Shown: one piece after another, positions 1 to 8,358 of the stretch
Position numbering within the stretch: position 1 is the first letter of the stretch
Layout of the letters: each line of letters opens with the position of its first letter
Source: Gemmatimonadota bacterium
GTDB lineage: Bacteria; Gemmatimonadota; Gemmatimonadetes; Gemmatimonadales; Gemmatimonadaceae
Reading direction: 5' to 3'
DNA length: 64,000 nucleotides
Assembly: GCA_947461225.1 (NCBI GenBank)
Contig: CANHJV010000001.1
Span: forward strand, 16,962 to 80,961
Position numbers and translations under genes: made by a program
The notes under the pieces: generated by a model
Seen by the model: the letters and a program-made list of their open reading frames with translations, nothing else
Databases searched by the model: none
Told to the model about the DNA's origin: nothing

Positions 1-533
1 GCATAGAACGTGGGATCGACCGTGGCCGACAACCAGATGAATCGACACCCCACACGCTTGCCGAGCGCGAGACACAGTTCGAGTTCGGCGCTCGTCTGGT
101 GAATTTCATCGACGACCAGCGTGTCCGTGGGCTGGATGTCGCCGTCCTGAAACCAGCGTCGCGCGATGCCGGTCGTGATCACGACCACATTCCACGATGG
201 CGTCTCTGGCGTCGCTTCACGTTCGCGGTTTACCACGCCGGCCTTCAGCGCGGTCGTGCCGAGAATCGTTTCGGCGATCGGGCGGATCGCGAGCGTCTTG
301 CCGGTACCCGTGCCGGCCACGATGCCGAAGCCCTGACCACTCGACGCCAGACGTCGCAGATCGTCCCCCCGCGTCCGTTCGAGGAACGTGTCGAGGTGCA
401 GGCCGACGGCGAGTTCGATCGTCTCGCAGGCCGCGCGCGTCGGCGCAATGACGATGATGCGCCCGGTGGGCGGCTTGGCCGCGACAAAGGCGTCGCGGTC
501 GGGGGGTAGGTAACGATCACGGGGAGTGCGCAC
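1..533 (-). CDS. DExH-box SF2 helicase, N-terminal part (runs off the window edge)
   Basis: Not in the ORF track. My translation from GTG at 533 gives MRTPRDRYLPPDRDAFV...AGTGTGKT (Walker A)...LVVDEIHQ (motif II)...WLSAT (motif III), open to position 1. Confidence 0.85.
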   Translation of the reverse strand, partial: MRTPRDRYLPPDRDAFVAAKPPTGRIIVIAPTRAACETIELAVGLHLDTFLERTRGDDLRRLASSGQGFGIVAGTGTGKTLAIRPIAETILGTTALKAGVVNREREATPETPSWNVVVITTGIARRWFQDGDIQPTDTLVVDEIHQTSAELELCLALGKRVGCRFIWLSATVDPTFY

Positions 534-591
534 CCGTCCAATCTAGTGCGCCCTAGGGCCGTACGGATTCCGCGGCGCGGGAGCTCGCGCG

Positions 592-1563
592 CTACCGCTG
601 AATCAGCTTGACGCGCTGTCCGTTCTTGAAAATCTCGATCCGATCGGCGCGTCCGTCGCGATTCACGTCGGTCCACACCTGCAGCAACTCGTTGTTCTGG
701 TCGAGAAAGATGGCGCGCCACGGCACGCCGCCACGCCCTTGATCTGGCACGCGCACGGTAAACTCGTTGGTGCCGAGCCACTGCATGATGTCCGCGCTCG
801 GCCGCCCCTGCAGGACATCGAGCACCGAGCGCATGGGCGGAAGCACCTGCGGGTAGGCGCGTGAGGCAAACTCCGGCAGATCATCGCAGCGACCATCCTT
901 GTCGGTGTCGTTGCACACCGGCGGCCCATAGCGCTGGTCATCGCACCACCCGTCGCCATCGCGGTCGAGACAGGTGGCGGACCCGTATCCCGGGGGGCGG
1001 ACGCCCGGCGCCTGATTGAAGTAGCGCGGGTCGTTCACCGCGCCCGGCACCACGACCCCACCCGGTGTCACGTACCCGCCATATGACGCGGCGGGCCCCT
1101 GCGGTGATACCCCACCGCCCGGATACAACGAAGCCGGCGAGGAATTCGCCGGCTCATCTCCATGCAACTGCGCGTCCGTGATCTTCTTGGCTTCCCAGGC
1201 GTCCCGCGCCCGCGGATCCGCCGGCGAGAGATCTGGCGGAATCAGCGGAGCGCCCTTCTTGTCTATCGGCTTGGCAAAGCCCTTGATCGGTAACTCCGGT
1301 TTCTTCCCCTTCGCCGCGTCTTCCCCGTAGATCACACGGCCGTTCGCGGGCTTGTTGCGCACCGCGCTGGCGCAGTCGGTCGGGGCCGGCTGCTGCGCGG
1401 CCGGTACCCCGTCAACCCACACGCGGCACATGCCGGCGGGCGGACGATAGTCCTTCGGCACGTCGTTCTTATCGTTCTTCTCGCTTCGACCCTGCGCGTC
1501 GGCGCGCCCCGCACTGAGCGACAGGCTCAGTACGGCGGTCGTTGCAAGAATTCGCCAATTCAT
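592..1563 (-). CDS. Secreted hypothetical protein with a PPxGxCRxW motif and Cys-flanked DxDxDG loops
   Basis: Signal peptide MNWRILATTAVLSLSLSAGRADA; motifs PPAGMCRVW, CLDRDGDGWCDD, CNDTDKDGRCDD, DVNRDGRAD. Start could also be 1572 or 1602. Confidence 0.75.
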   Translation of the reverse strand: MNWRILATTAVLSLSLSAGRADAQGRSEKNDKNDVPKDYRPPAGMCRVWVDGVPAAQQPAPTDCASAVRNKPANGRVIYGEDAAKGKKPELPIKGFAKPIDKKGAPLIPPDLSPADPRARDAWEAKKITDAQLHGDEPANSSPASLYPGGGVSPQGPAASYGGYVTPGGVVVPGAVNDPRYFNQAPGVRPPGYGSATCLDRDGDGWCDDQRYGPPVCNDTDKDGRCDDLPEFASRAYPQVLPPMRSVLDVLQGRPSADIMQWLGTNEFTVRVPDQGRGGVPWRAIFLDQNNELLQVWTDVNRDGRADRIEIFKNGQRVKLIQR

Positions 1564-1642
1564 CGGAAACATCCCTTCCTCCTGCAGGACTTCGCGCGCC
1601 ATCCACCACGGAGAGCAAACGGACGTCCCGAGAGCTCTCTAA

Positions 1643-1658
1643 GGCAGGGTCCATGCCA
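1643..1658 (-). promoter_or_regulatory. Possible sigma-54 (-24/-12) promoter for the 592-1563 gene
   Basis: Minus strand reads TGGCATGGACCCTGCC: GG-N10-GC spacing, resembling TGGCACG-N4-TTGC, about 80 nt upstream of the ATG. Confidence 0.35.
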
Positions 1659-1790
1659 CGACGGACCCGTCCGTCGGCTGGCGCACTGCTGCGGTGTAAG
1701 TATCGGCACCACGGTACCCTACGGACAGGGGGAGGGTTCGTCAGGTAACAGACGGCGTCCGTACGAGGGGACACTCCCTGTCTTAAAAAC

Positions 1791-1850
1791 AGTAAGGGGT
1801 ACGGAGTAAGGGGTACGGGGTCAGGCACTCCCGACCCCGTACTCCCTACT
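1791..1850. repeat. Heptamer tandem repeat (RGTANGG)n followed by its inverted complement, forming a hairpin
   Basis: agtaagg ggtacgg agtaagg ggtacgg ggtcagg ... ccgaccc cgtactc cctact, immediately 3' of pfkA. Confidence 0.75.
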
Positions 1851-1856
1851 GCGCAG

Positions 1857-2936
1857 TTAATCCCCGAAGGAAATACCCATCATCCGCGCGGCCTGCACCA
1901 CGTCGTGCGCCGGATCGACGCGCTTCGTTTCCTTGAGCACGTCGTCAATGGGAATGGTGACGAGGTGCGGTGACTGCAGCGCCACCATATGTCCCCAGCG
2001 CTTGTCGGCGACGGCCTGCACGGCCGCCGCGCCGAAACGCGTGGCCAGGAGTCGGTCGTATCCGGTGGGCGATCCACCGCGCTGCAGGTGCCCGAGCACC
2101 ATGGAACGGGTTTCCTTGCCGGTGATGCGCTGAATGTCGTAGCCCATCCGTTCGGCGATGCCACCCAGGCGACGATCCTGTCCGGGCAACGACGCGCCGA
2201 TGATCGACTCCATCCCGCCCTTGGGCTTCGATCCTTCGGCCACCACCACGATGCTGAAGCGACGGCCTGCCGCATCACGGTCCATGATCTTCTCACAGAC
2301 TTTCTGCATGTCCCATTCGATTTCGGGAATCAGAATGACATCGGCCGTACCCGCGACACCGGCATGCAGCGCAATGAAGCCGGCGTCGCGTCCCATGACT
2401 TCCAGCACCATGACGCGATCGTGCGACTCGGCCGTCGTGTGCAGCTTGTCGATCGCTTCCATGGCCGTGTTGACGGCGGTATCGAAGCCGAACGTCGTCA
2501 CGGTACCGGGGACGTCGTTGTCGATCGTCTTGGGGACGCTGATCACGCGCACGCCTTTGGCGGCCAGTTGCGACGCGATCTTCAGCGAGCCATCGCCGCC
2601 GATCGAGATGATCGCTTCGATGCCGAGATTGCGGGCATTCTCCACGAGCTCGTCAGAGCGATCGACGTTCTTCCACGTGCCGTCGGGCTGAAGAATGGGA
2701 TACGCGAACGGGCTGGCACGATTGGTCGTCTTGATGATCGTGCCACCTTGATTGGCGATACCCCGAACGGTGTCCTCGGTGAGCGGGACGATTTCGTCCT
2801 CACCGAGGAGCCCGGCATAGCCGCGCTTGATGCCAAGCACGTCCCAGCCGCGGGTACGGGCGGAGAGCACCGCCGCCCGGATGACGGCATTGAGGCCCGG
2901 TGCGTCGCCGCCGCCGGTGGAAATCGCAATCCGCAT
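1857..2936 (-). CDS. pfkA: 6-phosphofructokinase (PfkA family, group III-like)
   Basis: Motifs TGGGDAPGLNA, GGDGS, PKTIDND, EVMGRDAG, LGHLQRGG. Confidence 0.95.
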   Translation of the reverse strand: MRIAISTGGGDAPGLNAVIRAAVLSARTRGWDVLGIKRGYAGLLGEDEIVPLTEDTVRGIANQGGTIIKTTNRASPFAYPILQPDGTWKNVDRSDELVENARNLGIEAIISIGGDGSLKIASQLAAKGVRVISVPKTIDNDVPGTVTTFGFDTAVNTAMEAIDKLHTTAESHDRVMVLEVMGRDAGFIALHAGVAGTADVILIPEIEWDMQKVCEKIMDRDAAGRRFSIVVVAEGSKPKGGMESIIGASLPGQDRRLGGIAERMGYDIQRITGKETRSMVLGHLQRGGSPTGYDRLLATRFGAAAVQAVADKRWGHMVALQSPHLVTIPIDDVLKETKRVDPAHDVVQAARMMGISFGD

Positions 2937-3241
2937 GTCAGAAGAGATGGATCGAGTGGTTGTGAGTGATCGCGGTAATCTATCGCGTCGTCACGGATTC
3001 AAGGTGTCGGGAACGCCGAGGCGCACATCTGGCCCCCGCACTGGCGGCCAGCGGTCGCACGACCGTGTCCTGAGTCGCCAGCGCGCCACGCCAATCGGCG
3101 GTGTGAGGATGATGGCCGCGATGTTCGGATGACACGGTTCGACGACGACGGACTGATCGTGTGATCCCACGCGGCGCGCGACTCATTCACGCATGCCAGA
3201 GTCGCCGCGCCCCATCCACGGCCCCTTCGCTCCGGTCACCG

Positions 3242-3697
3242 ATGCATCGTTCGCGCCATACCACGTACCTGCGCCGTCGCCGACGTGGCGCGACCCTGAT
3301 CGAACAGCTGTGGCTGCTCGTGTTGATGGGCGGAATCGCCGCGCTCGCGATGTCGTCCAGCAGCGCAGTGTTCGCCGCGCTCGACGTTGCGATGGCGGCC
3401 CAGGAAACCGTCGACCTGCTCGCGCTCGCGCGCGATCATGCGATCGCGACCGGAGAACGCACCGCCGTGCGCTTCGATGTGGCCGGAACGCGCGTCGTGG
3501 TGCATGTGGGGCCCGACACGATGGCGGTGGGCGACTTCCACGGCAGCGGGCTCACCCTCGAGGCCACGCGCGATTCGCTCAGCTACGCGCCGTCGGGGCT
3601 CGGCGTGGGTGCGGCCAATCTGCGACTCGTGCTCAAACGAAGCGCCCGAGCCGACACCATTACGGTGTCGCGTCTCGGGCGCGTGCAACGACGATAG
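3242..3697 (+). CDS. FimT/GspH-like minor pilin or pseudopilin
   Basis: Basic leader followed by class III signal G|ATLIE and a hydrophobic helix; C-terminal ITVSRLGRV. Confidence 0.8.
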   Translation: MHRSRHTTYLRRRRRGATLIEQLWLLVLMGGIAALAMSSSSAVFAALDVAMAAQETVDLLALARDHAIATGERTAVRFDVAGTRVVVHVGPDTMAVGDFHGSGLTLEATRDSLSYAPSGLGVGAANLRLVLKRSARADTITVSRLGRVQRR

Positions 3698-3735
3698 CCA
3701 CGGCGCGTGCAACGGCGATCGCCACGGCGGCAGGA

Positions 3736-4896
3736 TCAGGTGCCGAAGTCGAACCCCGGCACGCTGACGCGCGGAATTTCCTGTCCGATCGTGCGCTCGA
3801 TCGTGCGCACCATACCGATATCCTCGGCGGCCATGAACGTGTACGCATCGCCCGTACTGGCGGCGCGGCCCGTACGGCCGATCCGGTGCACGTAGTCTTC
3901 CGGCTGCTGCGGCACGTCGTAATTGATCACGTGCGTGATGCCAGAGATGTCGAGACCGCGCTGCGCAATATCCGTGGCCACCAGTACCCGCAGCTTGCCT
4001 GACTTGAAGTCTTCCAGCGCCGCCATGCGCTCGCGCTGCGACTTGTCAGCGTGCATGGCGCCCGCCTTCACACCGGCCTTCTCGAGATCCTGCACCACGC
4101 GATCGGCGCCACTCTTCGTGCGCGTGAACACGAGCACCGAATCATGCGCTTTCTTCGTGAGCAGATGCACCAGCAGGTCGTTCTTGAGATGACGCGGCAC
4201 CGGATACACCGCATGCGTCACCGTGGTCGCAGCCGACGAGCGCCGACCAACCTGCACCACGACGGGCTTGCGGAGATACTTGCGCGCGAGCGCCTCGACC
4301 TCGGGCGGCATCGTGGCGCTGAACAGCAGCGTCTGCCGGTAGCGCGGCACTTGCTCGACAATGCGATTGAGCTGCGGCGCGAAGCCCATGTCCAGCATAC
4401 GGTCCGCCTCGTCGAGCACCAGCGTCTCGAGATACGAGAAGTCGACGTTCCGCTTTTCGAGATGATCGAGGAGACGCCCCGGCGTGGCGACGACCACGTC
4501 GACGCCGGCGCGCAACGCGCGTTCTTGCGGCTCGTAACCCACACCGCCGAACACGGGGATGACATCGACGGGCGCGTACTTGGAATACTTGCGGACACTC
4601 TCCTCCACCTGGAGACAGAGCTCACGAGTGGGGGTGAGCACCAGCACGCGCGTACGGCGCGGCCCACCCAACAGTCGATGCACCATCGGCAGCGTGAAGC
4701 TGGCCGTCTTGCCGGTGCCCGTCTGGGCGAGGCCGATCAGGTCACGCCCCTTCAGCGCGAGCGGAATCGCATCGCGCTGAATAGGCGTAGGACGCTCATA
4801 GCCGGCATCAGAGAGCGCGGCGAGCAGGGGTTGGGCGAGGCCCAGATCGACGAACGTGGTATCGTCGATCAGCGTGTCAGGGTCGATTGCAGTCAT
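3736..4896 (-). CDS. rhlE: DEAD-box RNA helicase (RhlE-like)
   Basis: Q motif PTPIQ, AQTGTGKT, PTREL, DEAD, SAT, HRIGRTGRA. Confidence 0.9.
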   Translation of the reverse strand: MTAIDPDTLIDDTTFVDLGLAQPLLAALSDAGYERPTPIQRDAIPLALKGRDLIGLAQTGTGKTASFTLPMVHRLLGGPRRTRVLVLTPTRELCLQVEESVRKYSKYAPVDVIPVFGGVGYEPQERALRAGVDVVVATPGRLLDHLEKRNVDFSYLETLVLDEADRMLDMGFAPQLNRIVEQVPRYRQTLLFSATMPPEVEALARKYLRKPVVVQVGRRSSAATTVTHAVYPVPRHLKNDLLVHLLTKKAHDSVLVFTRTKSGADRVVQDLEKAGVKAGAMHADKSQRERMAALEDFKSGKLRVLVATDIAQRGLDISGITHVINYDVPQQPEDYVHRIGRTGRAASTGDAYTFMAAEDIGMVRTIERTIGQEIPRVSVPGFDFGT

Positions 4897-4937
4897 GTGT
4901 TGACCGGAAAGCTAATCGGTCAGGCCAATCGGGAAGC

Positions 4938-6128
4938 CTAGGCCAGCTCGATCTCTCGACCGCAGAGCTGGGCAATTAGGGCGAGCCGGAAGGTGACGTC
5001 GGCGGAAAAGGCCGCGTCGGCGGACTCTCCAAAGGTCGGATCGGAGAGCGGGAGGAGCGGCCACGACCAGACCGGCACGCGTTCCGGCATCACGACCGAG
5101 CGCGGCGGGGTCCACACGTGCTTGCGGTCGCGGTCATCGAGGAGGCGATCGAGCAGCTTGCACCAGCCATCGTGCTTCTTCAGATAGCCGAGCCGGGCCA
5201 TCACCTCGAGCCAGCCCAGCGACGAGGCCATGTCGGCATCCATGGCATTCCGGGTCGGTAGCAGATCCCCCAGCACCAGATGCGGCTGCTCGATGAGATG
5301 CGGCCCGACCTGCTGCACCGGCTGCTGGCGCGGCCACGGCTGCGTCAGATAGGTAAAGAGCCGGTCCATGAACTCGTAATGCTCACTGCGGAACTGCGGC
5401 ATGTAGCCCAGCATCACGAGCAGGTGGAACGACGGCGCCGTGACTTCGGCCGAGAGCACATGCTGGTTCCCCAAGCGAATCCACGGCTTCTGCGCCAACG
5501 GCGACTTGAGAAACGGCATCACCCGATCAACCATCCGACGGGCGGCGCCGCGAAGCCGCGGATCCGTCTCGTAGCCCGCCTGCGCCAACGCGGCGGCGGC
5601 GGCCTCGCGCAACAACAGTCGCCCGCGCTTGATCAGGTCGTCGTCCCACTCGCTGGGCATCATCTCGGCCAGAAACGACGGGTCGTCGTCTTCCGCGAGC
5701 AACCGGAACAGCAACCGCTTGGTCGAGCTGAGGGCCGGGCTTTCCGGGTCCCAGCCGAGCTCCAGCAGGCGGCGGTAGGCCGGAATCGTTCCGATCCCCT
5801 CGAGCGACAAGCCGGCAGGGACCGTCAGCATCCCCCCGGGCCACTGTCCGTCCCCGTCCTGCATCAGCAGGAGGTGCCATCCCTGCCGGCTGGCATAGGG
5901 AACGCCCGCCCAGCCCGGCTCAGCCGCGGCCTTCGGCCAAAAGGCCTTTGTGGCGCGGTACTGAACCGACGGTGACGCGGTGCGTAGCAGCCAACTCATC
6001 GGAACCGTCACCGGTCCCGGAAGAGGCGGTGGCACCGGCATCGGCTGGAACGGCGAGACGCGCGCGTCCGGCGCAGCCGGCGGCGAATCAGGCACTGGTA
6101 GCGGCGATATCGAGGGCGAAGGCGTCAC
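4938..6128 (-). CDS. Hypothetical protein (possible alpha/alpha-barrel, prenyltransferase-like)
   Basis: 396-aa ORF with natural composition; QxxDGxW and GYxxDPRL motifs. The fold is a weak inference. Confidence 0.7.
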   Translation of the reverse strand: MTPSPSISPLPVPDSPPAAPDARVSPFQPMPVPPPLPGPVTVPMSWLLRTASPSVQYRATKAFWPKAAAEPGWAGVPYASRQGWHLLLMQDGDGQWPGGMLTVPAGLSLEGIGTIPAYRRLLELGWDPESPALSSTKRLLFRLLAEDDDPSFLAEMMPSEWDDDLIKRGRLLLREAAAAALAQAGYETDPRLRGAARRMVDRVMPFLKSPLAQKPWIRLGNQHVLSAEVTAPSFHLLVMLGYMPQFRSEHYEFMDRLFTYLTQPWPRQQPVQQVGPHLIEQPHLVLGDLLPTRNAMDADMASSLGWLEVMARLGYLKKHDGWCKLLDRLLDDRDRKHVWTPPRSVVMPERVPVWSWPLLPLSDPTFGESADAAFSADVTFRLALIAQLCGREIELA

Positions 6129-6324
6129 GATTCTGCAATTCTACGCCTCAACGGGCGTTCCGCCAGAGGGTTTGGGACGAACGGCACTTTTTTGAAGACG
6201 GCCTCAAACCTTCATCCCCATTCTCTTAACGCTTCTATAAGCTGTCACGTCTACCTTATGAAGTACGTCAGCGGCGCGACCGCGCCGTGGACCCTGCTGA
6301 ACGACCCACCGAGACCCCCTTCTC

Positions 6325-6723
6325 ATGAAGAACACGATCCGCATGTTCGTTGCTGCGGCTGCCCTCGCGATCGCTGTGCCTGCTTACGCCCAGGGCGGTG
6401 GTGGCGGCGGCGGTGGTGGCATGCAGATGTCGCCCGCCGAGCGCATGGCTCGCCAGAAGGAACAGCTCTTCAAGGACATCACCCTGACGCCCGTGCAGTC
6501 GGCGAAGGTCGACACGATCATGATGCAGGCCGCCGCCAAGCAGCAGGAAGCGATGATGGCCGCGCGCAGCGGTGGTGGCGACATGGCCGCCATGCGCGAG
6601 TCGATGCAGAAGATGAACACCGAGCGCAACGACGCGCTGAAGGCCGCGCTGACCGACGAACAGAAGAAGAAGTTCGACGAGAACGTCGCGGCCATGCCGC
6701 AGGGTCGCCGCGGCGGCCTCTAA
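6325..6723 (+). CDS. Periplasmic Spy/CpxP-like (LTxxQ) protein
   Basis: Signal peptide ending AYA, Gly-rich linker, LTPVQ and LTDEQKKKF motifs, Met-rich helices. Confidence 0.8.
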   Translation: MKNTIRMFVAAAALAIAVPAYAQGGGGGGGGGMQMSPAERMARQKEQLFKDITLTPVQSAKVDTIMMQAAAKQQEAMMAARSGGGDMAAMRESMQKMNTERNDALKAALTDEQKKKFDENVAAMPQGRRGGL

Positions 6724-6746
6724 CCGACGTCGCGGGATGTGGGACC

Positions 6747-6781
6747 AAGCGGGGGGTGCCAGTCGGCACCCCCCGCTTTTT
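6747..6781 (+). terminator. Intrinsic terminator
   Basis: aagcggggggtgcc-agtc-ggcaccccccgctt stem running into a T-tract. Confidence 0.85.
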
Positions 6782-6877
6782 ATCGTCAGGCCACGGCATC
6801 GCTTGTTCCGCGGCACGGTGCCGCTGAGATTGACGACGGATCATGCTTGCTCTTTCCGCCTCCTGCACGCAGCGCTG

Positions 6878-7732
6878 ATGCGCGGCGAGTTCGTCGATCT
6901 GGGAGGCGTGCGCCTCTACTGCTACGCGTTCGGCGAACGCGGCGTCGGTGAGCCGATCGTGCTCATCCACGGCGCCTTCACTTCGTCGCACCTGTGGCAG
7001 GACGTCCTGCCGCGTTTGCCCAAGGGGCATCGCGTGCTGGTGCTCGATCTGCTCGGCCACGGCCGCAGCGACCCGCCGGGCACCCACGCCATGACCGTCG
7101 CGGGGCACGCCGCGCGGGTGGCGGCGCTGCTCGATGTACTCGGCGTCCGACGGGCCTCGCTGGTGGGACACGGCATGGGCGCCGCCATCGCGGCGGTGAT
7201 GGCGCAGGCGCACCCCGAGCGCGTGACACACCTGATGCTCGTGAATCCCACGATGATCGGCAATCAGCCCGGCGACGTGGCGTTGAGTCGGCGCGTTGGG
7301 CGGCTGGTACCACTCCTGCCGCTGTGGCGCCGCCTGGCTCCCGGCTGGCTCGCCTCGGCGCTCCACGCGGCCCTGCTGCCCTGCTACGCCCATCGCGACG
7401 TGGGCGCGCGGTCGCTCGATCTCTACCTGAAAAGTTTCCGGACTCGCGACGGACGTGCGTCGGCCTGCGCCCAATTGTCAGCCCTCGCCGCCTCGCGCGG
7501 TGATACGGCCGCCGCACTCGCGCCAGGGGCGATCAGCTGCCCCGTGCTGCTCGCCACCGCCGCGGCCGACCCGTTCGTTCCGACCGCCCGCGCCGTCGCC
7601 CTCGCGGCATTACTCCAGCTCGCGGCGCCGAACGGGATCGCGCTCCGCGAACTCCCCGGCGTGGCCCACGTCGCCCCCGAAGAAGCACCCGACCGACTCG
7701 GTGCCCTCGTGGCGGAACTCCTGACCCGCTGA
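6878..7732 (+). CDS. Alpha/beta-hydrolase fold protein with Gly at the nucleophile position
   Basis: LIHG, DLLGHGRS, elbow LVGHGMG, C-terminal GVAHVAPEEAP. Confidence 0.85.
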   Translation: MRGEFVDLGGVRLYCYAFGERGVGEPIVLIHGAFTSSHLWQDVLPRLPKGHRVLVLDLLGHGRSDPPGTHAMTVAGHAARVAALLDVLGVRRASLVGHGMGAAIAAVMAQAHPERVTHLMLVNPTMIGNQPGDVALSRRVGRLVPLLPLWRRLAPGWLASALHAALLPCYAHRDVGARSLDLYLKSFRTRDGRASACAQLSALAASRGDTAAALAPGAISCPVLLATAAADPFVPTARAVALAALLQLAAPNGIALRELPGVAHVAPEEAPDRLGALVAELLTR

Positions 7733-7780
7733 ATGGTCAGAGAGTGCGTCACGTCACTTCTCCCCCGCCTGTCCTTTCTC

Positions 7781-8083
7781 ATGATCGATCGCCTCGACAC
7801 AATGCGCGCCATGGCTGCCAAGCAGCCGACGAATCCACTCGCTCGCTTTGGTCTCGCCAACGAACTGCTCAAAGCCGGCCTGCTGGACGAAGCCGAAGTG
7901 GAGCTGGCCGCCTACCTGGCGCTGCACGATGACGAGGGCAATGGCTGGCTGCGCTACGCCGATACGCTGCACGCCCTTGGAAAACAGGACGCCGCCCGCG
8001 CGGCCTGCGATAAGGGCGTCGAGGCCGCCACGCGGCACGGACACGCGACGCTGGTCTCGGAATTCGAGGAGCGGGAGTACTGA
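7781..8083 (+). CDS. Small TPR-like protein
   Basis: PTNPLARFGLANELLKAG...GWLRYADTLHALG pattern of TPR helices. Confidence 0.75.
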   Translation: MIDRLDTMRAMAAKQPTNPLARFGLANELLKAGLLDEAEVELAAYLALHDDEGNGWLRYADTLHALGKQDAARAACDKGVEAATRHGHATLVSEFEEREY

Positions 8084-8131
8084 ACGGCGCGGAACGGCGC
8101 GGATTTCTGCGGATTGCTGAGGATGCAGGGA

Positions 8132-8335
8132 TCAGATGTTCAGCACGCTGATCTCTGCCCTTGTATAGCGGTCAGAATTCAGCACCAACAGTCCACAGTC
8201 GCGAGGCGTTTCGTTCAGTTTTCAGTCCGCACAATCCGTCCGACGGCACTCCATCAAACGCCTCGCGACTGCGGACTGTCGTTGCTCGACTCTGAACACT
8301 ATATGAAGTCTGACGCCCGAGTGCTGAACATCTGA
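8132..8335. repeat. 204-bp intergenic element with 15-bp perfect terminal inverted repeats (MITE/REP-like)
   Basis: tcagatgttcagcac (8132-8146) and gtgctgaacatctga (8321-8335); lies between convergent genes; lower GC than the flanks. Confidence 0.6.
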
Positions 8336-8358
8336 CCACTGGGCAGTTGCCGTTGCTG

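Noticed and set aside
2980-3190. Small ORFs between pfkA and the pilin gene
   Set aside because: No RBS, motif or convincing composition; probably the divergent promoter region.
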